Shown: positions 9,446 through 18,917 of the stretch, one piece after another
Position numbering within the stretch: the first letter of the stretch is position 1
Layout of the letters: each line of letters begins with the position of its first letter
IMG/VR virus record: IMGVR_UViG_3300007734_000760
Span: 32,001-96,000 of that record
Length of the DNA stretch: 64,000 bases
From: a virus
Direction: 5' to 3' (one strand)
Translations under genes and position numbers: made by a program
The notes under the pieces: model-generated
What the model was told of the DNA's origin: nothing
The model's input: only the letters and a program-made list of their open reading frames with translations
The model's database searches: none

Positions 9446-10015
9446 TTAAATTGCTGCAAATCTTACCATACATCCTATGTATCCTATTGGTCTATATTCT
9501 TCAGGATTATCCAATACTTTTTCTAACATATTACGAATCATTTGTTTATCATCTTCATATGTTCTTACCGGAGCATCAATGTCTTGAGGAAAATCAGGTG
9601 ACCAAGATATAGTAATACTTTGTTTAGGCTCAAATGTTTCTGAATCGTATATTGTGGGTGCAAATACACACCCATCTTTTACTGGTTTGTACATTTCTCC
9701 TGATTGATACATTTTTGGTGTAAATCCTACAGTGTAAACATATCCTACTTTATGTTTATAAGTTGGATTTTCTAAATCAGATATTCTTATAGATTTCACA
9801 ACAAATGGTGTTTTTCCGTCTTCTGCAATACCTGCAGGCAACTCTATCCATATAATTTTATCAAACTCAAAATGTTTAATTAGTTGTACTTCAATTTGAA
9901 CACGCTGTTCTTCGGTTAAATTGTTTACACCATATACTCCTGAAAAAGGTGTTAGTGGGTCAACTTTACTGCTTTCACATATTGATAATAGTTTTTCTGT
10001 TAAATTTGATTTCAT
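9446..10015 (-). CDS. Hypothetical protein with capsid C-terminus-like motifs
   Basis: 189 aa between queD and queE; GCVFAPTIYDSETFEPK resembles capsid GAVFAP...VYDPATFTPRK. Confidence 0.7.
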   Translation of the reverse strand: MKSNLTEKLLSICESSKVDPLTPFSGVYGVNNLTEEQRVQIEVQLIKHFEFDKIIWIELPAGIAEDGKTPFVVKSIRISDLENPTYKHKVGYVYTVGFTPKMYQSGEMYKPVKDGCVFAPTIYDSETFEPKQSITISWSPDFPQDIDAPVRTYEDDKQMIRNMLEKVLDNPEEYRPIGYIGCMVRFAAI

Positions 10016-10026
10016 GATTTATTTTT

Positions 10027-10104
10027 TTAATAATTTTTACCATATATGTAATTTATTTTAATGTCTCCGAATGTGGTTGTTGTAATCCAATAACTATTCT
10101 CCAT
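10027..10104 (-). CDS. Possible microprotein (25 aa)
   Basis: MENSYWITTTTFGDIKINYIYGKNY; overlaps the queD stop and fills the gap. Confidence 0.4.
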   Translation of the reverse strand: MENSYWITTTTFGDIKINYIYGKNY

Positions 10105-10561
10105 AACTTGCACTGTTTCTTTCATGTTCATAAACTTCTACTTTTACTGCTTTAACTCTTCCATTTGTTTCTTCAAACAAAAACTTATTAATTGCTTCAT
10201 ACAAATACTCAGCAAACTTTTCACATCCAGTTGCTGAAATTACTCTTAGTTGAATGATACCGTCCTTATCCATTTGAATAAACTTATCTAAATAAGGATC
10301 ATCTTGAGCTACAACAACAGTATGATCTAGAAGATAATTAAAATAGTCTTTAGGAGACATTCCATTAATTTGTGTTTTAGATCTCTTCATTCCACCAAAG
10401 TCCCATACCCAGTTTCTATAATCCAACTCACCTTCAAACCATACCCTAAAAGATATGGCATAACCATGTAAAAATTTACAATGTGTATCTTCTGCTTTCC
10501 ATTGACGAAAACAAGCACTGTATCCGTCAAATAATTTTGATGATGTAAATTTCTTATCCAT
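10094..10561 (-). CDS. queD: 6-carboxytetrahydropterin synthase
   Basis: HCKFLHGY, WVWDFG, LDHT, GCEKFA, EVYEHERNSA. Confidence 0.93.
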   Translation of the reverse strand: MDKKFTSSKLFDGYSACFRQWKAEDTHCKFLHGYAISFRVWFEGELDYRNWVWDFGGMKRSKTQINGMSPKDYFNYLLDHTVVVAQDDPYLDKFIQMDKDGIIQLRVISATGCEKFAEYLYEAINKFLFEETNGRVKAVKVEVYEHERNSASYGE

Positions 10562-10805
10562 TGATAAATTCTTTTATTTTGTTTTCAGATTGAGTACCTA
10601 CTATACGTTTAATTTCTTGACCGTTTTCTAACAAAATTAATGTTGGAACACTTTTTACTCCATAATCAGCTGTATAAGATACATCATAATCAGTATCTAT
10701 TTTATTAATAGGAATACCCATTTGTTTACTTATTTGTTCTACTGTTGGCTTCATTGCTTGACAAGCTGAGCACCAATTTGCTGAAAAGAAAATTAATTGT
10801 TTCAT
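10554..10805 (-). CDS. Thioredoxin
   Basis: FSANWCSAC active site; YGVKSVPTL cis-Pro motif. Confidence 0.9.
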   Translation of the reverse strand: MKQLIFFSANWCSACQAMKPTVEQISKQMGIPINKIDTDYDVSYTADYGVKSVPTLILLENGQEIKRIVGTQSENKIKEFING

Positions 10806-10807
10806 AT

Positions 10808-11665
10808 TTATTTTTTATAGTTGTTTAAAATTACTTTAACCCACACTGCTGCTTCATCCCAAGTTCTTGGAAGAAAATCACCGTTAGGCAATACTTCAGC
10901 ATACTCAATTGGATCTGGTCTTCCTATTTTTAAAAAAGCTTCAATACGTTCTATTGAAGATGCTGATCTATAATCTGAATACCATTTATTTGTTTCTTTA
11001 ATAAAAATAGGTTTATAAGATGTATTAGTACGTTTATATACTTCATCAAAATTTAATTTTAATTTGTCACAACATTCAACTCCATCTTTTAAAATATCAA
11101 ATTTATCTCCTAATAAATAAGGTGTATAAACATTTACTTTTTCAGCACCCCAATTACCTATTTTAAATGCTTCAAAATCAATATCTCTAAATTCTTGTCT
11201 ACAATCAGGATAAATACTATGATCACCAGCATGAATTCCCATTGCTATAGAACATTCAGTATTATTTTTATCTGCTATTGATAAAGCAACAGCTTGAATA
11301 ATACTTGAAAATATTTTATTACGATTAGGTACTACTGTATCTTTCATATTTTCTTCAGCGTAATGTCCTTCAGGAACATCTGCTCCACCTTCTACTAATG
11401 TAGAATTTAATAATTGACCTAAACCATCTATTTTGATAATTTGATGTTTAATATAATGTGGATAATCTACAGTTTTAGATTCTTCATCAATTATAAATGT
11501 TCCATTTAAATATTCTACTAATTCAGTAGCTCTTTCTAATTCAATTTTATGTTTTTGACCATAATCAAATGATAAAGCAGTTACCTCGTAACCGTTTGAT
11601 AATAAGTGGAGTAGTAATGTACTACTATCCATTCCTCCACTTAATGATAATACCGCGTGTTTCAT
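10808..11665 (-). CDS. queC: 7-cyano-7-deazaguanine synthase
   Basis: SLSGGMDS, FDYGQKH, VVPNRN, YPDCR; start re-assigned to MKHAVL. Confidence 0.95.
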   Translation of the reverse strand: MKHAVLSLSGGMDSSTLLLHLLSNGYEVTALSFDYGQKHKIELERATELVEYLNGTFIIDEESKTVDYPHYIKHQIIKIDGLGQLLNSTLVEGGADVPEGHYAEENMKDTVVPNRNKIFSSIIQAVALSIADKNNTECSIAMGIHAGDHSIYPDCRQEFRDIDFEAFKIGNWGAEKVNVYTPYLLGDKFDILKDGVECCDKLKLNFDEVYKRTNTSYKPIFIKETNKWYSDYRSASSIERIEAFLKIGRPDPIEYAEVLPNGDFLPRTWDEAAVWVKVILNNYKK

Positions 11666-11666
11666 A

Positions 11667-11927
11667 TTAAAATGGAAGTTCATATCCATCTGAATCTTTA
11701 GATTCAAATGATGGTAAATTACTATCAGCTTTAATTCCGTTAAAGTACTCTGTTAAAAAACTACGTTCATATGTTAATACTTTACCTGTATACTTAGGAT
11801 TACTTACTTCTCTTTGTTTTACAGTTTTATTTAATTCTTTAGCTTTAGCATAAACTTCTTTACCTAAAGTTCCTCCTGCTGAATGTCCTAGAAATTCAAA
11901 CAGTGATATAAATTTTTCTTCTTCCAT
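11667..11927 (-). CDS. Hypothetical protein in the deazaguanine operon
   Basis: 86 aa with its own promoter-like motif; acidic C-terminus ending ELPF. Confidence 0.7.
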   Translation of the reverse strand: MEEEKFISLFEFLGHSAGGTLGKEVYAKAKELNKTVKQREVSNPKYTGKVLTYERSFLTEYFNGIKADSNLPSFESKDSDGYELPF

Positions 11928-11930
11928 AAT

Positions 11931-11963
11931 TTAAATATAATAATTATTTTTTTGTAAGCCAAA
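11931..11963 (-). promoter_or_regulatory. Bacteroidota-type early/middle promoter (representative copy)
   Basis: TTTGGCTT-N-TATATTTAA; similar copies at ~2738-2768, 8616-8647, 12775-12807, 16757-16787, 21955-21987, 25069-25101, 39953-39982, 62664-62694. Confidence 0.7.
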
Positions 11964-11965
11964 CT

Positions 11966-12760
11966 CTATAACCCATTTATTAATCTAAATAATTTTGTAT
12001 TTTTACTTAATAAATTTAAATTAACATCTTTTATATCAATATTAAAATTATCATTCATACATGACTTAGGTTTATTTATTAATCCATAACCTTTATATTC
12101 AATTCCATCTAATGTTGCCATAGTTGGATTTGATGTATCTATTGATTCAATAAAAGACATATTTTTATACCATCCAAATTCTTGAGGTACAGCACATCCT
12201 AATAAATGTACTCTATCTGTTTTATCAATAATATTTAAATTAAATAATTCAGATATTACTTTAATACGCCCCATTGCTTTACCTAAATCTTTATTTGGAT
12301 GAGGACAAAGATCATTATAATAAGATGCTCCATAACTAAATGCTATTTTTTTATATCCTAAATCTTTATATGTTTGATAACAAATTATTGCTTCATATAA
12401 ATTTTGAGCTTGTACAACTGCTACTTTAGTAACTTCTTTAGGTAAATTTACTCCAATCCATGATTTAGCATTTACTACAGACTGTGTTTTATCTTCCCAA
12501 ACATCAGGAACAATAAATTCATTTGGTTTTAATTCATTTATCCAGTATAATAAACGTTTTGTATCATAAGCAACACCTAATTCATGTAATGAATTATCCA
12601 TAATTGTATATCTACCTAACTCTTTAGATTTTATAAAGAAATTCTTATATTCTTCATATTGATCTAATAAATGAGGAAGACAATAATCGTAATTGTTAAA
12701 TTTTAAACTTTCCTCTAAAAGACATAGAGGCACTTCATGTGAGATTTTTATTTTATTCAT
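11966..12760 (-). CDS. TGT-like DNA deazaguanine transglycosylase (DpdA family)
   Basis: IMDNS, VPDV, VAVVQ, VHLLG, SIDTS motifs of the TGT-type TIM barrel; adjacent to queC/D/E/folE. Confidence 0.8.
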   Translation of the reverse strand: MNKIKISHEVPLCLLEESLKFNNYDYCLPHLLDQYEEYKNFFIKSKELGRYTIMDNSLHELGVAYDTKRLLYWINELKPNEFIVPDVWEDKTQSVVNAKSWIGVNLPKEVTKVAVVQAQNLYEAIICYQTYKDLGYKKIAFSYGASYYNDLCPHPNKDLGKAMGRIKVISELFNLNIIDKTDRVHLLGCAVPQEFGWYKNMSFIESIDTSNPTMATLDGIEYKGYGLINKPKSCMNDNFNIDIKDVNLNLLSKNTKLFRLINGL

Positions 12761-12803
12761 AACTTTTTCTATATTTAAATATAATAAACTTAATTAAGAA
12801 AGC

Positions 12804-13796
12804 CTAATAAGTAATTATATCATCATCATCATTTCTTTTTTTCTTAAAAATAGGAGGAATAAATGAAAATGGTTGTGATTTTTCTTCAAATTGTTTAGAT
12901 TGAAAAGTATTTGGAGGTAATGTTGGATTTGGTCGTTCATTATATATAGGTTCTTCTTGAGATTCTATAGGTTTTTCATTGTATATAGTAAAAGATTCAG
13001 GTGATTTTAGTTGGTTAAATGCAAAATTAGCCGCTATAACTAAACTAATAGCTAAGGGATCAAACACCATTATAATAACTAATAAAAACCAATTAATAAT
13101 TCTATCCATAGATATTCCAGTTAGTTTATTAATATATTTTAAAGGTCCTAATTCACCAGCTAGTTCAGCATTTGATTCTTTAGTTAATTTTTCTTCAGAC
13201 AGTATTAATAAAGTAGAATCTAAATTATTTATTTTACTATTTATAGTTTTTTCTTCTTTTAAAGCAAATTCAAGTTGTTTTTCATATGATTTTCTATTTG
13301 ATGAAGATGTAGTAGTTAAAATGTTTCCTTCTTTATCTTTATAAGTTTGAGTATTATTACCTAATGCTCCTCTTAGTTGAGCAATACTTTGTTGAGTTTG
13401 TTTTAATTGTTGTAAAGTAAATTCTTTACTTGATTCTTGTGTTTTTATTCTGTTATCAATTAAAGCAATTTCTTTATCTACAACACCCGTTTTATTAGCT
13501 GTATCTTGATAGCCTGAAGACAGATAACCATATATTCCAGCTGATGTAATTGCCATTAATATAATTAAAGCTAAAGTTAAATACAATTTAAGCATCCAAT
13601 TTACTTTTTTCCAATATTGATAAAGTAAAGAAGCTACTACTAATTTAGCTACTTCAAGAGATGAAGCCATCCATATAACAGCAGTTTCAGCTCCTGCAAA
13701 TAATTTTGCTAAACCTGTAACACTATAAAAAGCAGCTGCTGCACTAATTGATAGTGCAGACAGTGCTATTAAAATTGGTAGTAAGTATTTTTTCAT
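12804..13796 (-). CDS. Multi-pass membrane protein with long coiled coil
   Basis: Three N-terminal TM helices, a long coiled coil, then a TM (IIMVFDPLAISL). Confidence 0.75.
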   Translation of the reverse strand: MKKYLLPILIALSALSISAAAAFYSVTGLAKLFAGAETAVIWMASSLEVAKLVVASLLYQYWKKVNWMLKLYLTLALIILMAITSAGIYGYLSSGYQDTANKTGVVDKEIALIDNRIKTQESSKEFTLQQLKQTQQSIAQLRGALGNNTQTYKDKEGNILTTTSSSNRKSYEKQLEFALKEEKTINSKINNLDSTLLILSEEKLTKESNAELAGELGPLKYINKLTGISMDRIINWFLLVIIMVFDPLAISLVIAANFAFNQLKSPESFTIYNEKPIESQEEPIYNERPNPTLPPNTFQSKQFEEKSQPFSFIPPIFKKKRNDDDDIITY

Positions 13797-13808
13797 AATT
13801 TAAATTGT

Positions 13809-15533
13809 TTAACCTTCACAACTAACACATTCTGATAAACGTTGTAAATTATCTCCTCTTAATACACTTTCAGTGCGTAAATAATATAGTGTTTTAATTC
13901 CTAATTTATGTGCTTCTTTATGTACTTGAGAAATCCACTTAGGTGTATCATTTGGATCAAAACATAAATTTAATGAAATTGCTTGATCAACATATTTTTG
14001 TCTAATAGCATTTTGACGAACAATTTCTAATTGATTAATTTCTTTAAATGTTAAAAATATTTCTTTTTCTTCATCAGTTAAAATATAATCAGGTAAACCT
14101 AAAACAGAACCTTGATCTTTAAGAATTTGTTCCCAAACACTGTCAATATTATATCCTTTTGACTCAAGTAATTGTTCTAAAATTTTATTACGTTTAATAA
14201 AAACACCTTTTGCTGTTTTTAAATTATAAACATTAGCAGGAATGGGTTCAATTGAAGGTGAAACTCCTCCTGATATGTGAGCATTAGATACTGTAGGAGC
14301 AGGTGCTAAAAGATGTGTATGTCTTAATCCTGTACCTTTACACCATTCTGGTTCGCCATACATTTCTACTTGAGCTCGAGATGCTTTTATTGATTCTTTT
14401 TCAATAAATTCAAATATCATTCTTGTGTAAGCATTTGCTTGAATGCCTATAAATGGTAATCCTTTTAATTGTAAAAACGTATGCCATCCTAAAATTCCTA
14501 AACCAATTGCTCTACCTTTAGTAGCAGAACGAACTGTATTTTCCATGAATTTAATATTTTTAGCTCTATCAATAAATTCTTGTAACACACCTTCTAAAAA
14601 CCAAGTTGATAATTCAGGTAATGTCATTCCGTTTTCAAATTTATAATCTTTCCATTCATCCCAACGAGCTAAATTTAATGAAGACAAACAACAAATAAAA
14701 GAATGTAATTCATCAGTGTAAAGAGCAATTTCAGTACAAATGTTAGTCATTGATACTTTTAAATTATTTTTCTTGTACGCTTCAGGATTTGCATTATTTA
14801 TATTGTCTCCAAACATGATGTAAGGTTCGCCTGTTTCAAGACGTGTTTTTAATATTTCACCCCATAACTTTACTGCTTTAGGATCTTTATTTTCTAATTT
14901 ATTCATAAATTCATCATCAATAACAACACATTGATGTAAATTTAAACATTGACGGTTAACATCTCCTTTAGGACGACGAATCATTAAAAATTCTTCAATG
15001 TCTGAATGGTTAATATTTAAATTAACTGATGCTGCTCCTCTACGAACTGATCCTTGATTAGTAGCTAATATAGTTGAATCATAAATTTTAGCCCAAGGTA
15101 CTATACCTTCAGATGTACCATTATCTTTAATTTGTTTTCCTCTACTTCTAATGCGAGATAAACCAATTCCTACTCCTCCACCTTGAGATGATAAACGCAT
15201 TAGTTCTGAATTTGCATCTGCAATTCCTTCAATACTATCACCTACATCAATTCCAAAACATGAAATAGGCATTCCGCGTTCTGTTCCCATATTAGATAAA
15301 ACAGGTGATGCTAAGCATAACCAATTTTTTTCAATTGCTTCATAAAAAAACGGTTGTAATTCTTTACGTTTTAATCTTCTTGCTGCTGCTTTACTTACTC
15401 GTTTATAAGCATCAAATACATCTTCATCCGGTAATAAATATCCTTTTGAAATCATACTGATGGCTATTTCGTCTAACCACTCTGGGTAGTTTTTCCCTTT
15501 AATCCATTTACTGGTGTCTGTTTGTATACTCAT
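13809..15533 (-). CDS. nrdA: Class I ribonucleotide reductase alpha (short, no ATP cone)
   Basis: PISCF, GGGVG, TNICTEI, CCLSS, APAPTVS, KTLYY, C-terminal CVSCEG. Confidence 0.96.
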   Translation of the reverse strand: MSIQTDTSKWIKGKNYPEWLDEIAISMISKGYLLPDEDVFDAYKRVSKAAARRLKRKELQPFFYEAIEKNWLCLASPVLSNMGTERGMPISCFGIDVGDSIEGIADANSELMRLSSQGGGVGIGLSRIRSRGKQIKDNGTSEGIVPWAKIYDSTILATNQGSVRRGAASVNLNINHSDIEEFLMIRRPKGDVNRQCLNLHQCVVIDDEFMNKLENKDPKAVKLWGEILKTRLETGEPYIMFGDNINNANPEAYKKNNLKVSMTNICTEIALYTDELHSFICCLSSLNLARWDEWKDYKFENGMTLPELSTWFLEGVLQEFIDRAKNIKFMENTVRSATKGRAIGLGILGWHTFLQLKGLPFIGIQANAYTRMIFEFIEKESIKASRAQVEMYGEPEWCKGTGLRHTHLLAPAPTVSNAHISGGVSPSIEPIPANVYNLKTAKGVFIKRNKILEQLLESKGYNIDSVWEQILKDQGSVLGLPDYILTDEEKEIFLTFKEINQLEIVRQNAIRQKYVDQAISLNLCFDPNDTPKWISQVHKEAHKLGIKTLYYLRTESVLRGDNLQRLSECVSCEG

Positions 15534-15537
15534 ATTT

Positions 15538-15789
15538 TTAGTCTAGTCCTTTTACTACTAATATTCCTGGATCTTTTTCTCCGTTAGATGTTAATACTTT
15601 TTCTTTTGGAACAATTTTAATGTGTACTTTTTTAATGGTTATTTCTCCACCTTGTTTAAGCATTTTTTTAAATAAATTTTCTTGAGCATCAGTCCAATCT
15701 GAGCTTAAATCTATTACTTCTTGTTTTTCAGCATCTTTTCCATTTAATTTAATGGAAGTACCTTTTCTAATTGATTGGGGTTTTAACAT
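15538..15789 (-). CDS. Hypothetical protein between the RNR subunits
   Basis: Start re-assigned to MLKPQSIRKG (15789), 7 nt after the nrdB stop. Confidence 0.65.
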   Translation of the reverse strand: MLKPQSIRKGTSIKLNGKDAEKQEVIDLSSDWTDAQENLFKKMLKQGGEITIKKVHIKIVPKEKVLTSNGEKDPGILVVKGLD

Positions 15790-15796
15790 TTTTTTT

Positions 15797-16747
15797 TTAT
15801 AAATCTGACCAGTCAGATGTTGATTTTGAATAATTTGTAACTCGTCCTGCAAAAAAATCTTGGTGTGTTTTACCACTTGTTAAATGACCAAACCATTCCA
15901 TTTGTTTTAATAAATTAGGATCAATATCATTATAAATTGCTTGATATCCTAATTCAATTACTTTTTCATTTGCTCTTGCTTTTATAAATGCTTTTAGTTG
16001 TTCTTTATTTAAACCTTCTATATCACCCATTTCAAACGCTTTATCAATAAAATCATATTCTAATTTAACTGATAATTCACATGCTTCTGTAATTTTATTT
16101 CTTAACTCAAGATTATTTAATTCTGGTTGTTCTTCTAATAATTTTCTAAACAACCAACATCCAGCTTTTGAATGTAATGATTCATCTCTAACACTCCATT
16201 CTACAATTTGACCTGTTCCTTTCATTAAGTTTCTTAATTGAAAACTCATCAATATAGCAAATGAAGAAAATAAATTTACTCCTTCAGTAAATGCTGAAAA
16301 TATAGCTAATGAAACTGCTTTTTCTTCTATTGTGTCACCTGGTACTTCAATTAAACGATCTATTTTATTTTTTGACGCTTCATCTTCCATAAATGCAGCA
16401 AAATTATCTAATCCTAATTCTTCATTTAAACGAGCATATGCTTCAGCATGGATTGACTCAAAATCAGCAAACACACGAGCCATTGCTTGTATTTCAGGTT
16501 TAGGAAACCAAATTGATACTTTTGTTGACCAATAATCATTAACGTGTACTTCTGTTTGTGCAAATGATTTTAAAATGTTACCAATTAAATTCTTTTCAGA
16601 TTCATTAAGTTTTTGTAACCAATCATTTAAGTCAGATGCTAATGGTACTTCATCAGCTAACCAATGAGCTCTGTGTTGATCTTTATAAAAATTAAATGCC
16701 TCTTGATATTCAAAAGGTTTGTAAAAATGTCTAGGTTCAGTTATCAT
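15797..16747 (-). CDS. nrdB: Class I ribonucleotide reductase beta
   Basis: FESIHAEAY, EGVNLFSSF, RDESLH, DFFAGRVTNY. Confidence 0.96.
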   Translation of the reverse strand: MITEPRHFYKPFEYQEAFNFYKDQHRAHWLADEVPLASDLNDWLQKLNESEKNLIGNILKSFAQTEVHVNDYWSTKVSIWFPKPEIQAMARVFADFESIHAEAYARLNEELGLDNFAAFMEDEASKNKIDRLIEVPGDTIEEKAVSLAIFSAFTEGVNLFSSFAILMSFQLRNLMKGTGQIVEWSVRDESLHSKAGCWLFRKLLEEQPELNNLELRNKITEACELSVKLEYDFIDKAFEMGDIEGLNKEQLKAFIKARANEKVIELGYQAIYNDIDPNLLKQMEWFGHLTSGKTHQDFFAGRVTNYSKSTSDWSDL

Positions 16748-16795
16748 AAATTCTATTAAATATATTAAAAATTTTAAAGTAAGCCAAATAAATTA

Positions 16796-18172
16796 TTATT
16801 TATTTAATGCAAAAAATTGTTTAGATAAATAGTCTTTATCAAATTGATCTAAATTAGTAGAAGATTTTGGAAATGTTGATTTAACGTTTTGTGGTTGTTC
16901 TTCATCATCTTCATCTAATTCACCTAAAATATCAATGTGGCCAGTAGATGTATCTACTTTAACATTAAATGTCATACCATCTACACCATATCTGTTTTTC
17001 ATAATATGGAATCTACCTGTTCCATTAAGTTTATCTTTCTTTTGTCTTGATAAAGACATTGCAAAATCTGCGATCATAATTTTGTCATAAGATCCTGCGG
17101 CTTTATCTCCTTCAATTATATTATCTTTTGCTCCTGCTCTATTTACTTGTGACACGCTCCATATTGGTAATTTTAATTCTCGAGCTAATCCTTTAGTACT
17201 GGTATAAATATCATCTATTTCTTCTTTACGCTCACTATTTTTTCTTCTTGATGAAAGTAAATCAATGTAATCAATAATAATTAAATCAGGTTTAAAATCT
17301 AAATCAATACATTTTTTAATATGCGATTCTATTGTATGCATTGATGCTTTACCCATCGGATATTCTTTAATAATTAAATTACCAGGCAAATCAGATGTAG
17401 CAGCTTCAACTTTATCTTTATTTTGTGCTATAATGTTTACAGGTATTTTAGTAAAAAATGAATCATATCGTCTTCCAACGTATCCTTCACCTAATTCTAA
17501 TGTATAATGTATAACATTGTATCCAGATTGTACAGCAAACGCGCCTAATGCAACTAAACTCCATGATTTGCCTCCACCTGGATTTCCAAATATTAATCCA
17601 AAATCACCTTCACCTAAACCACCTTGAAGATATTCATTAAACTTCTCCCATGGAGTTGGTATTGGATTGCGATCATCCATTCTATATCGAGATTCAACAT
17701 CTTTATTATATTCATGTCCAATATTTTTATCTTGACCTGATCGTAAAGCGCTATCTACTAATAATCTAATAGAATCATAATCTCCTGCTTTTAATAAATC
17801 TACCGAGTTTAATAATGCTTTTTTTAATTGTTGATTTTTACAAAAATTAGAAAATTCTTGTTTAATGTAAGTTAAATCACTTTCATCAGATGATCTATAT
17901 GCTTCTTTTAATTGTTCTTTAATTGAAAGTTGAAGTATTTCGTTTTCAACTTTTTTCATTTCTACTTTAAGTACATCCATTGTAGGATTAGTATGATACT
18001 TTCCATAGTATTTTAACACCTCATTTATAATCCATTTGTGTGAAACATTTGGAAAATAATCTTCTGTTAAAACATCATTAATGTTTTGCAGGAATGGTTT
18101 ATCAGTTAATAATGCTGATATTACTTTTGTTTGGAATGAAATTCCATAACTTTCTAACTGATTGAGTGTCAA
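16796..18172 (-). CDS. DnaB/gp41-like replicative helicase (TTG start)
   Basis: Walker A GNPGGGKS, YTLE, IIIDYIDLL, SQVNR, KNRYG. Confidence 0.93.
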   Translation of the reverse strand: MTLNQLESYGISFQTKVISALLTDKPFLQNINDVLTEDYFPNVSHKWIINEVLKYYGKYHTNPTMDVLKVEMKKVENEILQLSIKEQLKEAYRSSDESDLTYIKQEFSNFCKNQQLKKALLNSVDLLKAGDYDSIRLLVDSALRSGQDKNIGHEYNKDVESRYRMDDRNPIPTPWEKFNEYLQGGLGEGDFGLIFGNPGGGKSWSLVALGAFAVQSGYNVIHYTLELGEGYVGRRYDSFFTKIPVNIIAQNKDKVEAATSDLPGNLIIKEYPMGKASMHTIESHIKKCIDLDFKPDLIIIDYIDLLSSRRKNSERKEEIDDIYTSTKGLARELKLPIWSVSQVNRAGAKDNIIEGDKAAGSYDKIMIADFAMSLSRQKKDKLNGTGRFHIMKNRYGVDGMTFNVKVDTSTGHIDILGELDEDDEEQPQNVKSTFPKSSTNLDQFDKDYLSKQFFALNK

Positions 18173-18188
18173 AATTTTTATTTTTAAA

Positions 18189-18881
18189 TTAATAATTAAT
18201 TATATTTCCGTTTTTATCTACATATGCCCAATATCCATCCTTATATAATTTTAAATGAATTCGTATAGCATTTTTTACTCCTTTATTGTCAATTTCTGCT
18301 TTTTTAAGACTATCATATGTTTTTAAAATTTCTAAAGTAGTTGGATTTAATTTTACAACTTTTCTTGGATTTGTATTTCTTGGTTTTTTTCTTCTACAAG
18401 CTAATATTTTTTCAGTAACTATAAAATTAATTCTTTTTTTACCTTTTTTAGCTTTACTAATTAACTGTCCAAATCCATCATGTTTTTTACTACCTTTTTT
18501 TGGACCAGTAACATATGTTTTTTTCTTTCCTTTTTGGAATAAAGAAGTTCCAGGTTTTAATTTGCCTTTAACATTAATGATAAATCCTTGTTTTAGTCGT
18601 TCATAATCTCTACTACTAACTTTATAAATATTTAATTTATGTTTTTGTTTACCTATAGTCATTAACCAAAGTGCATACCATAATTTTGTTTCTTTAGGAT
18701 GTATTTCAACTAATAAACGATGACATAAAAAATGTTCTCTTGCTGTTAGTTCTACTATATTTTTTTTATTGTTTAATCCACCTAAACATTTAGGTATGAC
18801 ATGGTGTTTTTCTTTATAACCTTGTATTTGACGAATTTTAGCACGTTCTATTATTTGACTGTATATTCTTTGGTAATCCAT
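18189..18881 (-). mobile_element. Free-standing HNH homing endonuclease with NUMOD-type C-terminus
   Basis: EKHHVIPKCLGG...N...LTAREHFLCH; Lys-rich tail; inserted between exonuclease and helicase. Confidence 0.88.
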
Positions 18882-18917
18882 ATTTTATTATAAATATTGA
18901 ACTGTATTCGTAAAATA

